This document shows, piece after piece, positions 1-9,964 of a stretch of DNA of 64,000 bases. This DNA is from a virus, in the IMG/VR virus record IMGVR_UViG_3300044957_000729; one strand, 5' to 3'. A model generated the notes under the pieces. That model was not told where the DNA came from and made no database searches. It saw only the letters and a list, made by a program, of their open reading frames with translations. How positions within the stretch are numbered: position 1 is the first letter of the stretch; each line of letters begins with the position of its first letter. The translations under genes and the position numbers were made by a program.

Positions 1-1
1 T

Positions 2-667
2 GGAGATCCTAATAAAATGCCTAGAGATTACCAAATAGAAACAGCTTGGAAGATAATAAAATTTAAACTTTCAGTTTCAGAAGTTGCAACAAGCTCAGGT
101 AAAACATTAATTGCTTTTATGGTAATGGCTTACCTAAAAGAGGTAATGAAAGTTAAGAAATTCTTAATGATTGTTCCTAATACGAATCTTGTTATACAAG
201 GATCTGAAGATTTTGAAGAATATGGACTTCAAAAATTAGAGGACTGTGAAATTCAACAGATACATGGAGCAAATAAGAAAAAAATATCTGGGGGATTAAT
301 GATAGGGACATATCAATCCCTTGTAAAGATGGATCCTGAATTTTTTGAAGATGTTGAAGCTGTGTTTGTTGATGAGTGTTTGCATCCAGATTCTTTAATA
401 ACTATATATGATGGATCTCTAAAAAAAATAAGCGATGTTAAAATAGGTGAAATGGTTTTAACTGTAAATAATAAAACAGGGGATATGGAATCTAAGCCGG
501 TTGATTTTGTTTATCATAATATGTCTAAAGATAATCAAATGTATGAGATAGAGACTGAATGCGGTAAGATATTAAAGGTCACGGGTAATCATAAATTGAG
601 ACTTTCTAATGGTGAATGGAAAGGAGTGGAAGATTTGAAAGATTCTGATGAGCTTTGGGATATATAA
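2..667 (+). CDS. uvsW: UvsW-like SF2 helicase, N-terminal part fused to an N-terminal split intein (5'-partial; frame open from the window start)
   Basis: PRDYQ Q-motif, Walker A ATSSGKT, motif Ia IVPNTNLV, then VFVDE directly followed by intein block A CLHPDSLI. Confidence 0.9.
   Translation, partial: GDPNKMPRDYQIETAWKIIKFKLSVSEVATSSGKTLIAFMVMAYLKEVMKVKKFLMIVPNTNLVIQGSEDFEEYGLQKLEDCEIQQIHGANKKKISGGLMIGTYQSLVKMDPEFFEDVEAVFVDECLHPDSLITIYDGSLKKISDVKIGEMVLTVNNKTGDMESKPVDFVYHNMSKDNQMYEIETECGKILKVTGNHKLRLSNGEWKGVEDLKDSDELWDI
377..664 (+). mobile_element. Split intein N-half (IntN) in UvsW
   Basis: Starts with Cys (CLHPDSLITIYDG), block B VTGNHKL, ends LKDSDELWDI-stop with no block F/G. Confidence 0.9.
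659..667 (+). promoter_or_regulatory. Putative late promoter GATATATA(A), overlapping the IntN stop codon
   Basis: The same motif occurs shortly upstream of many ORFs in the window; analogous to the T4 late promoter TATAAATA. Confidence 0.65.
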
Positions 668-680
668 TATTAAAAGAGCC

Positions 681-1517
681 ATGTGTAGCAATCAAATCAA
701 AAAACAAATTAATGAATATATAATCAAGAACAAAAAATTTATAACCCAATATAGAATGAGGGAAATATTAGATAAGGAAAAAAGAGCCTTATCTAATATT
801 AGACTTTTTTCCGGTATAGATATTCCAGATACAGTGGGCACTGTTAAATCGCTTTTATGTTTAATCGATGATAATAATGGTATATGTGAGATGGATGGAT
901 GTATTAACGAAAAGTCAAGGGATTCTGGTAGATGGGTGCTAAGAAAGTTTTGTAGTAGAAAGTGTGCAGATAGAGATTTTGCATTGAAACAATCTGGATT
1001 AGGAAATTCTTTTCATAAGATATCAGAGGAATCTAGGAAAAGTATGGGCGAAAAAATATCCGAAAAAATTAATAAGAAAATACTAAAAGGTGAATTCACA
1101 CCGAATATAACTAATTCTTGGTTAAATAGCAAGATATCTGTTAATATTAATGGCAAATTAAAATTTGTAAGATCATCTTGGGAAGCATATTTTTATATAT
1201 TAAACCCAGAACTTAGTTATAAATTAATAAGGATTCCTTATTTAGACAAAAAAACAAAAAAACCTAGGAATTATATAACGGATTTTTGTGATTTTACTAA
1301 TAAGATAATATACGAGATAAAACCTAAGACAAAAATTAAAGATAATCCTGAAAAAATAGAGAGCGCTAAAGAATGGTGTTCTCTAAATTTCTATTCTTAT
1401 GTGATAATAACACAAGATTGGATAATAGAGAGATATAATAAGAAATTATTAGAGAATCAACCGGAGGGTGAAAGAATATCGATGCTTATTGAAAAAATGA
1501 TAAAATATGAAAATTAA
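681..1517 (+). CDS. Free-standing homing endonuclease, PD-(D/E)XK / TnsA-like, between the UvsW intein halves
   Basis: Cys cluster FCSRKC, RSSWE motif, YITDF...IIYEIKP; likely start ATG 681 just after GATATATA at 659. Confidence 0.75.
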   Translation: MCSNQIKKQINEYIIKNKKFITQYRMREILDKEKRALSNIRLFSGIDIPDTVGTVKSLLCLIDDNNGICEMDGCINEKSRDSGRWVLRKFCSRKCADRDFALKQSGLGNSFHKISEESRKSMGEKISEKINKKILKGEFTPNITNSWLNSKISVNINGKLKFVRSSWEAYFYILNPELSYKLIRIPYLDKKTKKPRNYITDFCDFTNKIIYEIKPKTKIKDNPEKIESAKEWCSLNFYSYVIITQDWIIERYNKKLLENQPEGERISMLIEKMIKYEN

Positions 1518-2445
1518 ATCTATAAGAAAGATTAACAACGCTGAGGATGTTTATAATTTGAGAATAAAATCTGATGATGGAAATAATCATAATTATATAG
1601 CTAATGGAATCCTTGTAAGCAATTGTCACCAAGCTCAGAGTGCATCTATAAAGAAGGTTGTTGCAGTATGTAAAGATTCTAAATGGAGATTTGGATTATC
1701 TGGAACTCTAGCAAACAAAAACACCGCTGAATATCTAACAATCCAACAGTTTTTAGGTCCTCTAATAATGGAGATATCTCCCAAGTTTTTATTTGATAAC
1801 AAATATGCTACTCCGGTTTCAATTAAGATTGTAAAAATGGACTGGATGGATGACGAGATAAAGGAAAAGCTATCATCCCTTAAAGAGAACAAGACTGAAA
1901 TGGAAGGTAACGAGATTTTTAATTTGGAAAGAAAATTAGTTGTTGGCTCAGATAAAAGACTTAATTATATAATAGATTTTGTTCTCAAAACATCAAAGAA
2001 CTCATTAATACTTTTCCAATCTGTTGGAGAAGGTTACGGTAAGAAAATTTATGATGGAATAAGAGAAAGAACTAATGATAGAGAAGTCTACTATATTGAT
2101 GGAGATACAGATCCTGACAAGAGAGACATATTTACTAAGAGGATGGAAGAAGGGGTTAACAAAATAATGGTTGCTTCTTTTGGTACTATGTCCACTGGTA
2201 TATCTGTAAAAAATATTCATAATATATTCTTAACCGAATCATATAAGTCGGAGGTACTTATAAAACAGAGTTTAGGAAGGGGCATGAGATTGTTCGAGGG
2301 TAAGGAAAAAGTTAACATAATAGATTTCGTAGATGATTTTGCTTGGGGCGGAAAAGAGAACTATTTGCTAAAGCATTCGAAGGAAAGAATAGAAATTTAT
2401 AAAAGGGAACATTTCGATTATAAAATTTATAATGTCAAAATTTAG
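1507..2445 (+). CDS. uvsW: IntC (39 aa, 1507-1623) plus UvsW C-terminal part
   Basis: MKIKSIRKI...DVYNL...HNYIANGILVSN/C. Splicing restores DE-CH (DExH motif II). Also GLSGT motif III, STGISV and QSLGRGMR motif VI. Confidence 0.9.
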   Translation: MKIKSIRKINNAEDVYNLRIKSDDGNNHNYIANGILVSNCHQAQSASIKKVVAVCKDSKWRFGLSGTLANKNTAEYLTIQQFLGPLIMEISPKFLFDNKYATPVSIKIVKMDWMDDEIKEKLSSLKENKTEMEGNEIFNLERKLVVGSDKRLNYIIDFVLKTSKNSLILFQSVGEGYGKKIYDGIRERTNDREVYYIDGDTDPDKRDIFTKRMEEGVNKIMVASFGTMSTGISVKNIHNIFLTESYKSEVLIKQSLGRGMRLFEGKEKVNIIDFVDDFAWGGKENYLLKHSKERIEIYKREHFDYKIYNVKI

Positions 2446-2481
2446 GAAATAGGATATATAAAGTAGAAATAAAGAAATTTG

Positions 2482-3087
2482 ATGTATAAAATTAAAAACT
2501 TCAAGGATTTTTGCCAAATTAATGAGTCTAATGAGGAGCTTTTCTTCAGAAGACATTTGGGTGGAAATGCCTCTACTTATGATGATAGAGCTAAGAACCA
2601 TTATGATTTAGGCAGTAATCCCACTGTCCTACAGAAAACTCGAGACTTTTTCCAAAAAATGGAAAATAGAATAAACAGAGCGGCAGAAATAGGAAAGCAA
2701 CAGGTAAGACAAAACAGAGCAACAAGAACTCATGGGGGTCCAGACACAGGATTCGAGATGCTTTTTGGAGCTTTATCAGTTGTACCCAATGTGTTAAAAA
2801 GAGTATTTGGTCCTACTAAATATGAATTCACTAAAAAATCCCCTAGCGATGAGAAAGTGGATATAGAATTCATGAGACACACAAATGAAGACTTTGCACA
2901 AAATGAACTTCCCGCTATAAAAACGGAAGATCAATTAGCAGATCATATAGGAGATCTTTATAATAGAGGCGACGTAGTAATAGGACAAGTTCCTGTATTA
3001 GATGATATAGCTAGAAATAGGGTAAATCTCTATTATCAACATCAGGCAAACCCAGCTCAGCCTATATTCCAAACAAATAATGTATAA
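2482..3087 (+). CDS. Hypothetical protein with capsid-targeting-like N-terminus
   Basis: MYKIKNFKDFCQINES; GATATATA at about 2453. Confidence 0.6.
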   Translation: MYKIKNFKDFCQINESNEELFFRRHLGGNASTYDDRAKNHYDLGSNPTVLQKTRDFFQKMENRINRAAEIGKQQVRQNRATRTHGGPDTGFEMLFGALSVVPNVLKRVFGPTKYEFTKKSPSDEKVDIEFMRHTNEDFAQNELPAIKTEDQLADHIGDLYNRGDVVIGQVPVLDDIARNRVNLYYQHQANPAQPIFQTNNV

Positions 3088-3090
3088 AAA

Positions 3091-3936
3091 ATGAAAAAAT
3101 TCTCTTCAGCAGTAGAAAAAAAGAAGCAAGAACTAAAAGAAAGTCAGGTAGTTAATGAAAGAAACATGTACCTTGAATTCTCTAAAAAATATCACAAAAA
3201 ACATGGTGTTTCTGGACCTTTCGATAAAAAATTCCAGGGAGATAAAAAAGCTCAGGAAGAATACATGGAAGGCCTATCTAAAGCTTGGAGTGATTATAAA
3301 AAAGAGAAAGGTATAAAACCTAAATCTACTGGATCGAAATTCGATTTTGCTAAAAAGAAAGTAAATGAATCTAAATCTCTAAAAATGGCTAAGAGCATGA
3401 TAGGTGACGGAGGGGATCCTAATTATCATTTCGTAACAATGTGTGATGACTTTTATTTTGAAAAAGATGGAGAAATGATCAGATACAGTAAAGACATGAT
3501 GTCTGCTCCACTTAAAGTGAAAACCACTCCAGATTTAGGAGCTTACACTTTTGGACCTTTTGCTAATTTAAATGAGTCTAAAATGTTTGCAGCAAGTATA
3601 GAATTAGACGAGATCAATGGTCCTAGAATGGTAACAATCGAAGACAGAAAAAATGGAGACGTCTACTTTAAATATTTAACTTGTAAGATGCAGCCAGTTT
3701 GGAACGAGATAGAGGAAGAAGAAATGGAGGACGAGGAAGAACACGAAGATCCAAATTCTGGGTATACTTACGGGAGGGAGCACAATGGTCATCCAGAGGA
3801 AACAGAAGACCGCTACGATGATGAAGATGAGGATGAAGATGATGAGTACGCTGCTACTATCCCTCAAGGAGATGACGATGAGGTCGAAGATGAAATTGAA
3901 GACGACGAAGACGAGGACGAATACGACGAGGAATAA
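3091..3936 (+). CDS. Hypothetical protein with long Asp/Glu-rich C-terminal tail
   Basis: Basic N-terminal half; last ~75 aa dominated by D/E. Confidence 0.6.
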   Translation: MKKFSSAVEKKKQELKESQVVNERNMYLEFSKKYHKKHGVSGPFDKKFQGDKKAQEEYMEGLSKAWSDYKKEKGIKPKSTGSKFDFAKKKVNESKSLKMAKSMIGDGGDPNYHFVTMCDDFYFEKDGEMIRYSKDMMSAPLKVKTTPDLGAYTFGPFANLNESKMFAASIELDEINGPRMVTIEDRKNGDVYFKYLTCKMQPVWNEIEEEEMEDEEEHEDPNSGYTYGREHNGHPEETEDRYDDEDEDEDDEYAATIPQGDDDEVEDEIEDDEDEDEYDEE

Positions 3937-3941
3937 TAAAA

Positions 3942-4385
3942 ATGTTTGGACCTATACAAAGTACCGCACTTTATACGGTTTTACATCACTATACAGGATG
4001 TAAGATACATTCAATCTCACCCGACGGTGATGATTTTTCATTTAGAACATTTCTAGGAGAAAGAGGAATACTTACTGAAAATAATACTGGGAACTGGAAC
4101 ATTACTATAGGAAAAGAGCTTGTATACACGATCGAAAGGGATATCTTTAAGGTATTGATTAAGCCAGATAAAAAAAGCTCTTTAGAAGACTATATGGACA
4201 TATTAAATGATTTAAATAACAATCCAGACGTAAGCTATAGATCCAGGATTTTGGTAGTAAATATCATGAAATTTTTAGAGGAATATGTAATAAGTTCTGG
4301 TTTTGTCCCAAATAAAAATTTAAGGATAGGACCTCTTTTAATTTGTAATTTAAAAGGTAAAAAAATTATTAATTGTTTAAACTAA
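3942..4385 (+). CDS. Hypothetical protein
   Basis: 147-aa ORF in operon arrangement. Confidence 0.55.
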   Translation: MFGPIQSTALYTVLHHYTGCKIHSISPDGDDFSFRTFLGERGILTENNTGNWNITIGKELVYTIERDIFKVLIKPDKKSSLEDYMDILNDLNNNPDVSYRSRILVVNIMKFLEEYVISSGFVPNKNLRIGPLLICNLKGKKIINCLN

Positions 4386-6391
4386 TGGCTGGAATAAAAT
4401 ATTTAACGGACATATACGAAAAAAAAGGAAAGTCCTTTATTGAAAGCCTTTTCAATAAAAATTTAACTGTAACAGAAAATCTAGACGGTCCTTCTTTTTC
4501 TTTTGAAAGGGATTTTACTGGCGATAACATATCTTTCTATAAAAAGGATCAAGATAATCCTATAACCAAGGTGGATAGGATATTAATGAGATATTACGAA
4601 AAGCCTATAAGCTATATAGAATCTCTATCTCTTGAAATCACAGATCAGCTTCCTAAGGGATGGAGATTCGGAATGGTTTACTTTCCTAACAAAAAGCCAG
4701 TCAGAATTGAGTACGATAGGATACCAAAGAATCATCTTGTTTTAACACATGTTGTTGTTAGGGATGAATTCGGAGATATTATTAAAAATTTACAGGACAG
4801 AGACGAGCTCGATGAATGGGCAGACAAGTTAGGGGTTGAAAGATCGCCCATCATATTTCAAGGTAAACTTGACAGGGACCAAAAAATAGCTATAATGGAT
4901 TTCCTTTCTACTCCATTGGCAGATCTTAAGAATAAATTTCAGACCTCTAGTTTTAGTAACTATCTAATTTCAATCTTAAATAAAAATGTAGAAAGAACAA
5001 CACTCGGTAAGGATTTACAGGGGGAGATAGATTCTCTGGTTTTTAGATTCGAGGATGAAGACGGAAAGGAGGAAACTGTTTTAGCAAAAATGGTTGATCC
5101 TATTTTTCATGAGATAAACAGAAGCAGAAAAGTTACTCAAACATCTTATTTTCCTAGTGATGTTTATTCTTTGTGTCTTATAGATGTAATGAATTTTATA
5201 CTAGAGGAGGGGGTAGAAAACTTTATGGCTAAAGGTAATGACCCAGAGGAAAGATACATCAGTTTTGTTTTTGATGTATTTAAGAAGTTTGTATACGAGG
5301 AGGGTGATAAATATGTAGGTGCGGATTTTCAAAAACCAGAATACTTAAAAACCGAAGGATTTGAAATAAATAAGGATTTAATAACTGACGAAGAAATTTT
5401 AAAGTCTATAGAAGACGACGAAGTTTATATAGACATTTTACAAATGATCCTTAACTCTTTTAGAAAGCTTAAAAGAAAACCGCATGGATTTTTTACAGAG
5501 GGACTAATCCAGCAATTTAATATACTAATTGAAGATATTGCTAGCTATATAAACGCCAAAAAGAAAGATTTAGTTGAAGAGTCTTTAGGGGTTCCCAGCT
5601 TTGTTTGGTTTAAAAAAGCCGTTAGTAAATTTAATCCAATAATAAGTGATGAGTATGAAATAGACGAGCTAAAAGAAATAATAGAAGGCTCTTCTTCTGG
5701 AGAGATTACACCTCTTAATGAATCTGAAACTCCTGAGGTTATAACCGAAGATGAGCAGAAGGAAGAAGACGCTTCAGAATTTTTCTCCTTTAAAGATTTT
5801 AAAAAAGTAGTAGCTACTCACAAAGAAAAAAAGAAGATAAAGATATTAAACGAGAACAATCAGAAAGTAAATATAGTAATAGGTAAATTTCAGCCCTTTA
5901 ATAACGGACATTTAAAAATGTGTACAAGATTAAAGAAGGAAAATAATTTACCAGTATTTCTGTGTGTAGTTCATCCCCGGAGTGAGCCAGGATCTAAATA
6001 TCCATTCTCCGATGATTTAATAAAAAAATCCATAGGATCTTTAACATCAGAGAACAACAAACTTTTTGCAGGATATGAAATGATCCCGTCCAACCTTTTG
6101 GAGGATGCTCTAAATGCAGTAGTAAAACATGCTAATCCTGCTTCTATATGTATAGGTGAGAGAGATTTTGAAAATATGATTCTTCAAAGAGAATGGGTAA
6201 GGAATAAATATGATTTAGAGGGGGGAGATATAGAAATATACAAAACCCCGCAATGGTCAAATAATAATGATATTAGAACTTACATAAAAGATGGTGATTT
6301 CCAGCAATTTAAAGATAAAGTTCCAAAATCGATAGCAGTGCTTTTCAATGAATTTACTAAACAAATAAATGGATCTGAGGAAGATATATAA
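4385..6391 (+). CDS. Fusion of an RNA-ligase-like nucleotidyltransferase fold (degenerate) and a C-terminal HxGH cytidylyltransferase-like domain (degenerate)
   Basis: VTENLDG resembles ligase motif I (E-K-x-D-G) with K replaced by N; IGKFQPFNNGH resembles GRFQPxHxGH. Confidence 0.6.
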   Translation: MAGIKYLTDIYEKKGKSFIESLFNKNLTVTENLDGPSFSFERDFTGDNISFYKKDQDNPITKVDRILMRYYEKPISYIESLSLEITDQLPKGWRFGMVYFPNKKPVRIEYDRIPKNHLVLTHVVVRDEFGDIIKNLQDRDELDEWADKLGVERSPIIFQGKLDRDQKIAIMDFLSTPLADLKNKFQTSSFSNYLISILNKNVERTTLGKDLQGEIDSLVFRFEDEDGKEETVLAKMVDPIFHEINRSRKVTQTSYFPSDVYSLCLIDVMNFILEEGVENFMAKGNDPEERYISFVFDVFKKFVYEEGDKYVGADFQKPEYLKTEGFEINKDLITDEEILKSIEDDEVYIDILQMILNSFRKLKRKPHGFFTEGLIQQFNILIEDIASYINAKKKDLVEESLGVPSFVWFKKAVSKFNPIISDEYEIDELKEIIEGSSSGEITPLNESETPEVITEDEQKEEDASEFFSFKDFKKVVATHKEKKKIKILNENNQKVNIVIGKFQPFNNGHLKMCTRLKKENNLPVFLCVVHPRSEPGSKYPFSDDLIKKSIGSLTSENNKLFAGYEMIPSNLLEDALNAVVKHANPASICIGERDFENMILQREWVRNKYDLEGGDIEIYKTPQWSNNNDIRTYIKDGDFQQFKDKVPKSIAVLFNEFTKQINGSEEDI

Positions 6392-6402
6392 AACAACTTA
6401 TT

Positions 6403-7275
6403 ATGGGAATGAAAAGAATATTATCCTTCAACGATTTTGCTATTTTTGAGTATAAAGGATTTGATTATTTGGAACACAGAAATTTAAATGAAGCAATTTA
6501 TTTAGACGAAAGAAACAAAACACCACACGATCCCGCAGCTCTAAAGAAAATGAGGGCTTGTGTGTTTTTATTAAATGGATCATATCCATTTTTTGCATCG
6601 ATGCTATCTCGATTGATGATCAGAGAAAACAGAAATCTTAAATTTAAAACGATGGCAACTGACGGTGTTAGTATACACTATGATCCTGATTTTGTTCTTA
6701 ATCACAGTGATGCTGAGATAATTTGGGTTATTGCACATGAGGTTTTACATAATACCCTAGTTCACTTTTTAAGATGCCCTAAAGATAAAACAAAAGCAGG
6801 TGTATGGAACGTTGCAGCGGATTATGCACTTAATCAATTGTTAACTCCAATAGATCCTAGCACATTAAACACAACTAAACCTAAGCCAGCTACTAAAGGC
6901 GGTATAGGAAAAATGGTAGAAGGATCTTTATATCCTGGATGTGGTCACGTTCCTTACGACCACGAATTTGTAAATAGAGGAGCCGAATGGATTTACGAAA
7001 AACTTCTAGCTAATGGATATGTTCCTGAACCTGGAGATGATACAACTCCGCCTCCGTATCCACCTTCACCACCTCCACCACGGGATCCTGAAGTTGGTGA
7101 TATTATCTATGATAAAGATAATGATTCATATGGTATAATTAAATCTATAGATAATTCATTGGGTGAGCTTGAGTATGATCCTATACCAAAAAATAAGGTT
7201 AAAGAATACTTACAAAGAAAAGTTAATGATAAGAATATATTAGGAGATGATATAGAAAAAGAATTAGATTTCTGA
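6403..7275 (+). CDS. DUF2201-N-like HExxH metallopeptidase with capsid-targeting-like N-terminus
   Basis: PFFASML, TMATDG...YDPDF, AHEVLH, WNVAADYALN; N-terminus MKRILSFNDF. Confidence 0.8.
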   Translation: MGMKRILSFNDFAIFEYKGFDYLEHRNLNEAIYLDERNKTPHDPAALKKMRACVFLLNGSYPFFASMLSRLMIRENRNLKFKTMATDGVSIHYDPDFVLNHSDAEIIWVIAHEVLHNTLVHFLRCPKDKTKAGVWNVAADYALNQLLTPIDPSTLNTTKPKPATKGGIGKMVEGSLYPGCGHVPYDHEFVNRGAEWIYEKLLANGYVPEPGDDTTPPPYPPSPPPPRDPEVGDIIYDKDNDSYGIIKSIDNSLGELEYDPIPKNKVKEYLQRKVNDKNILGDDIEKELDF

Positions 7276-7322
7276 TTTAATATATTATGAAAGCTAAGAT
7301 AACAGTAAAAAGAATTTAAGAA

Positions 7323-8327
7323 ATGAAAGCAAAAATAACAGGTGTAAGAATTCAGGAAATAAAAGGAAGCGGAGGATCTGGAGATGATACAATGGGGGAT
7401 GACTTCGGAATCCAAAAACCAGAAAATGTTGATGAATGGATAGACGATATTCCTGACGGAGATACCCCGGAAAGAGATAAAGACGGAAAGATAAAAGAGG
7501 AGGATCCCGAGTTCAAAAGATCAGATAGTCCAGGTGGTGGAAAATCAGCTCCTGACGGATATAATCCCGGGGAGGTTCTTAGACCGGGAGAGTTAGGTGA
7601 TCTCGGAGGGGACAGTGGTCTTAACGGTGAAGCGTTAGCTGAAGAATGGGGGAGTGTTACTAGAATAGCATCTAGTAATGCAGGAAACATACCCGGAGAA
7701 TTAAAAAGAGCAATTAGAAAAGTTAAAAGACCGGTTATAGATTGGAAGAAGGAGCTTTCAAAGTACATAGATCAGGCAATATCTAAATCAAAATATACAT
7801 TACCTGCTAGGAGATTTTTAGGAGCAGGAAAAGCTCAGTATGGATACAAGAGATACAAGGAGGATTTTGAGAGTGCGGTTATTGCTATAGATACCTCAGG
7901 ATCTATTACCAGGGAAATAATAGAGCAATTTCTGGGTGAAGTAATGAGTATAACACAGGAATATAGTCCGCAGAAAACTGTTATATTGTATTGTGACACT
8001 CAAGTTTATCCTCCGGATATATTAGAGCCAGGAGATACCCCTGATTTTAGTAAAATAGCTGGCGGTGGTGGTACTTATTTTTGGCCCCCTTTCAAATGGG
8101 TACAAAAAAATATGATAGATGAAGAGGGAGAAAAACCCACGGTGTTTATATACTTTACCGACGGTGAAGCAGACTTTCCTTCGGAGATGGATTATGATAT
8201 TTCTGAATATAGCGATAGATGTATTTGGGTATTCCTCACATTTAATGATGAACCATATCCAAATCCACAGCCTTTTGGAGAAAGAATAGATATTATTCTT
8301 GCCAATAAGAATGTCAAAAGAATATAG
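7323..8327 (+). CDS. VWA (MIDAS) domain protein, DUF2201 C-terminal-like
   Basis: IDWKKEL, AIDTSGSI (DxSxS), GGGGTYF, IYFTDGE. Confidence 0.85.
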   Translation: MKAKITGVRIQEIKGSGGSGDDTMGDDFGIQKPENVDEWIDDIPDGDTPERDKDGKIKEEDPEFKRSDSPGGGKSAPDGYNPGEVLRPGELGDLGGDSGLNGEALAEEWGSVTRIASSNAGNIPGELKRAIRKVKRPVIDWKKELSKYIDQAISKSKYTLPARRFLGAGKAQYGYKRYKEDFESAVIAIDTSGSITREIIEQFLGEVMSITQEYSPQKTVILYCDTQVYPPDILEPGDTPDFSKIAGGGGTYFWPPFKWVQKNMIDEEGEKPTVFIYFTDGEADFPSEMDYDISEYSDRCIWVFLTFNDEPYPNPQPFGERIDIILANKNVKRI

Positions 8328-8361
8328 AAGTAGATATATAAAGCAAATAACAAAAAATAAA

Positions 8362-9963
8362 ATGGGCAAAAGAATTTATAATTTCAATGAGTTCGTAAAT
8401 GAATCTTATATGAGCGAGGGATTTTTCTCAGATTTGGGATCAAAAATATCATCATGGGCAAAAGGCTTATACAATGCAATTAAGTCAGGTTTAATTAGAT
8501 TAATATCTTCAGGTCCTAAAGCAGGAACACGAAGAGTTGCTCTATTTGACGATTCAAAGAGTGAATCAATTTTAGATCAGGTTAACAATTTCTATAGGGG
8601 AACTGAATACTATAACATGTTCAATCTTGAAAAACCCGAGACCCTCGGAGAAAGTTACTTATGGGAAGAAGTTGTTCCTTTAGAATATCCAATGAAAGAT
8701 GATGTTCCTAATTATTCAGAGCCAGAAATAAAAGAGGACATCAAAATAAACATGAGAGAGATCTTCAGAATTGCTGATGAAATGGATGCTGCTAGAAAAG
8801 CTGGAGCAACTGAAGACGAATTAGATGATATGTACAGGGGAATTCTTGATGTTAAACCTATCTTTATTTATGGAGCTCCTGGGATTGGTAAAACACAAAT
8901 CGTAGCCCAAGTGTGTGATGAATTAGGAAAAGAATTATATGGACATAAACTTTCTTTAGTTAACATAGATGGTGAAAATGCAGAACCGGTTGATTTCGCT
9001 GGTGTACCTAGTGTGGTAGACATTGAAGCTCCATCTAAAGAAAATCCTTTAGGTAGAGGCGTTACAAGATCAAATGTTAACGCAGACATTTTACCCTATG
9101 ATAACGGAAGAAACGGTAAAGGAGGGATCATCTTTATTGATGAGTTAAATCGTATGCCCGAGGAGGTTATTAAAATCTTTATGAAACTTGCACAATCAAG
9201 AAGAATCGGTAACAACTATAATATCCCTGAGAGATGGTACATAGTAGCAGCAGGTAACAGAAAAGAAGACGATAAATCAGTTAAAGAATTAGGAACTGCA
9301 CTTAGAGACAGATTCCAGGCAGTTAACTTTGTCCCTACTGTAAAAGGATTTATATCATATGTAGAGAGAACCAGATATAAAGACGTGGTTCTTCCAGAAC
9401 TTTTAGATTTCTTAGAATTCCAGCCGGAATTCTTCCATAGTTTAGATCCAGCAATTAAGAAAACTAAATATCCTACGCCTAGATCTTGGGTTGATGCCTC
9501 TAACTCTCTGGGAAGGGTAATCAGAAATCTAAAATCGGAAGGGATTACTAATATACCAGAAGAAGTCATAAGAAAAGAATTTGCTAAAAACGTAGGTTAT
9601 GACGCTACTGAAGCTTTCTTGAATTTCTATAAAATTGCTAAGGATATTCCTGTAAAGGAGCTCACCTTAGTTTTCACTGATCCAGAAAAAGCTCCTGTAC
9701 CTGCAGACAAAGGAAACAGAGCGGATTATACACATGCTTTATTCTCCGCAGTTATTAGAAAGAGTAAGGAAATGTCATTAACAACTAAAGAAGTTTGTAA
9801 CTTTGCTAAATGGTTAGACAGAACAGATCTTGAAGAGGAAGGATCAGCAGCTCTTACTACGTTCTTTAATACTCACCCAGAATTGAAAAAAAATCCTGAA
9901 ATGTACTCTTGTATAGGTCCTTTAGCAGATAAATGGGGAACTAAATTGGGAATAGAATTCTAG
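8362..9963 (+). CDS. MoxR-like AAA+ ATPase with capsid-targeting-like N-terminus
   Basis: GAPGIGKT, IFIDELNR, AAGNR, ALRDRF, PTPRSW; N-terminus MGKRIYNFNEFVNES. Confidence 0.85.
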   Translation: MGKRIYNFNEFVNESYMSEGFFSDLGSKISSWAKGLYNAIKSGLIRLISSGPKAGTRRVALFDDSKSESILDQVNNFYRGTEYYNMFNLEKPETLGESYLWEEVVPLEYPMKDDVPNYSEPEIKEDIKINMREIFRIADEMDAARKAGATEDELDDMYRGILDVKPIFIYGAPGIGKTQIVAQVCDELGKELYGHKLSLVNIDGENAEPVDFAGVPSVVDIEAPSKENPLGRGVTRSNVNADILPYDNGRNGKGGIIFIDELNRMPEEVIKIFMKLAQSRRIGNNYNIPERWYIVAAGNRKEDDKSVKELGTALRDRFQAVNFVPTVKGFISYVERTRYKDVVLPELLDFLEFQPEFFHSLDPAIKKTKYPTPRSWVDASNSLGRVIRNLKSEGITNIPEEVIRKEFAKNVGYDATEAFLNFYKIAKDIPVKELTLVFTDPEKAPVPADKGNRADYTHALFSAVIRKSKEMSLTTKEVCNFAKWLDRTDLEEEGSAALTTFFNTHPELKKNPEMYSCIGPLADKWGTKLGIEF

Positions 9964-9964
9964 G

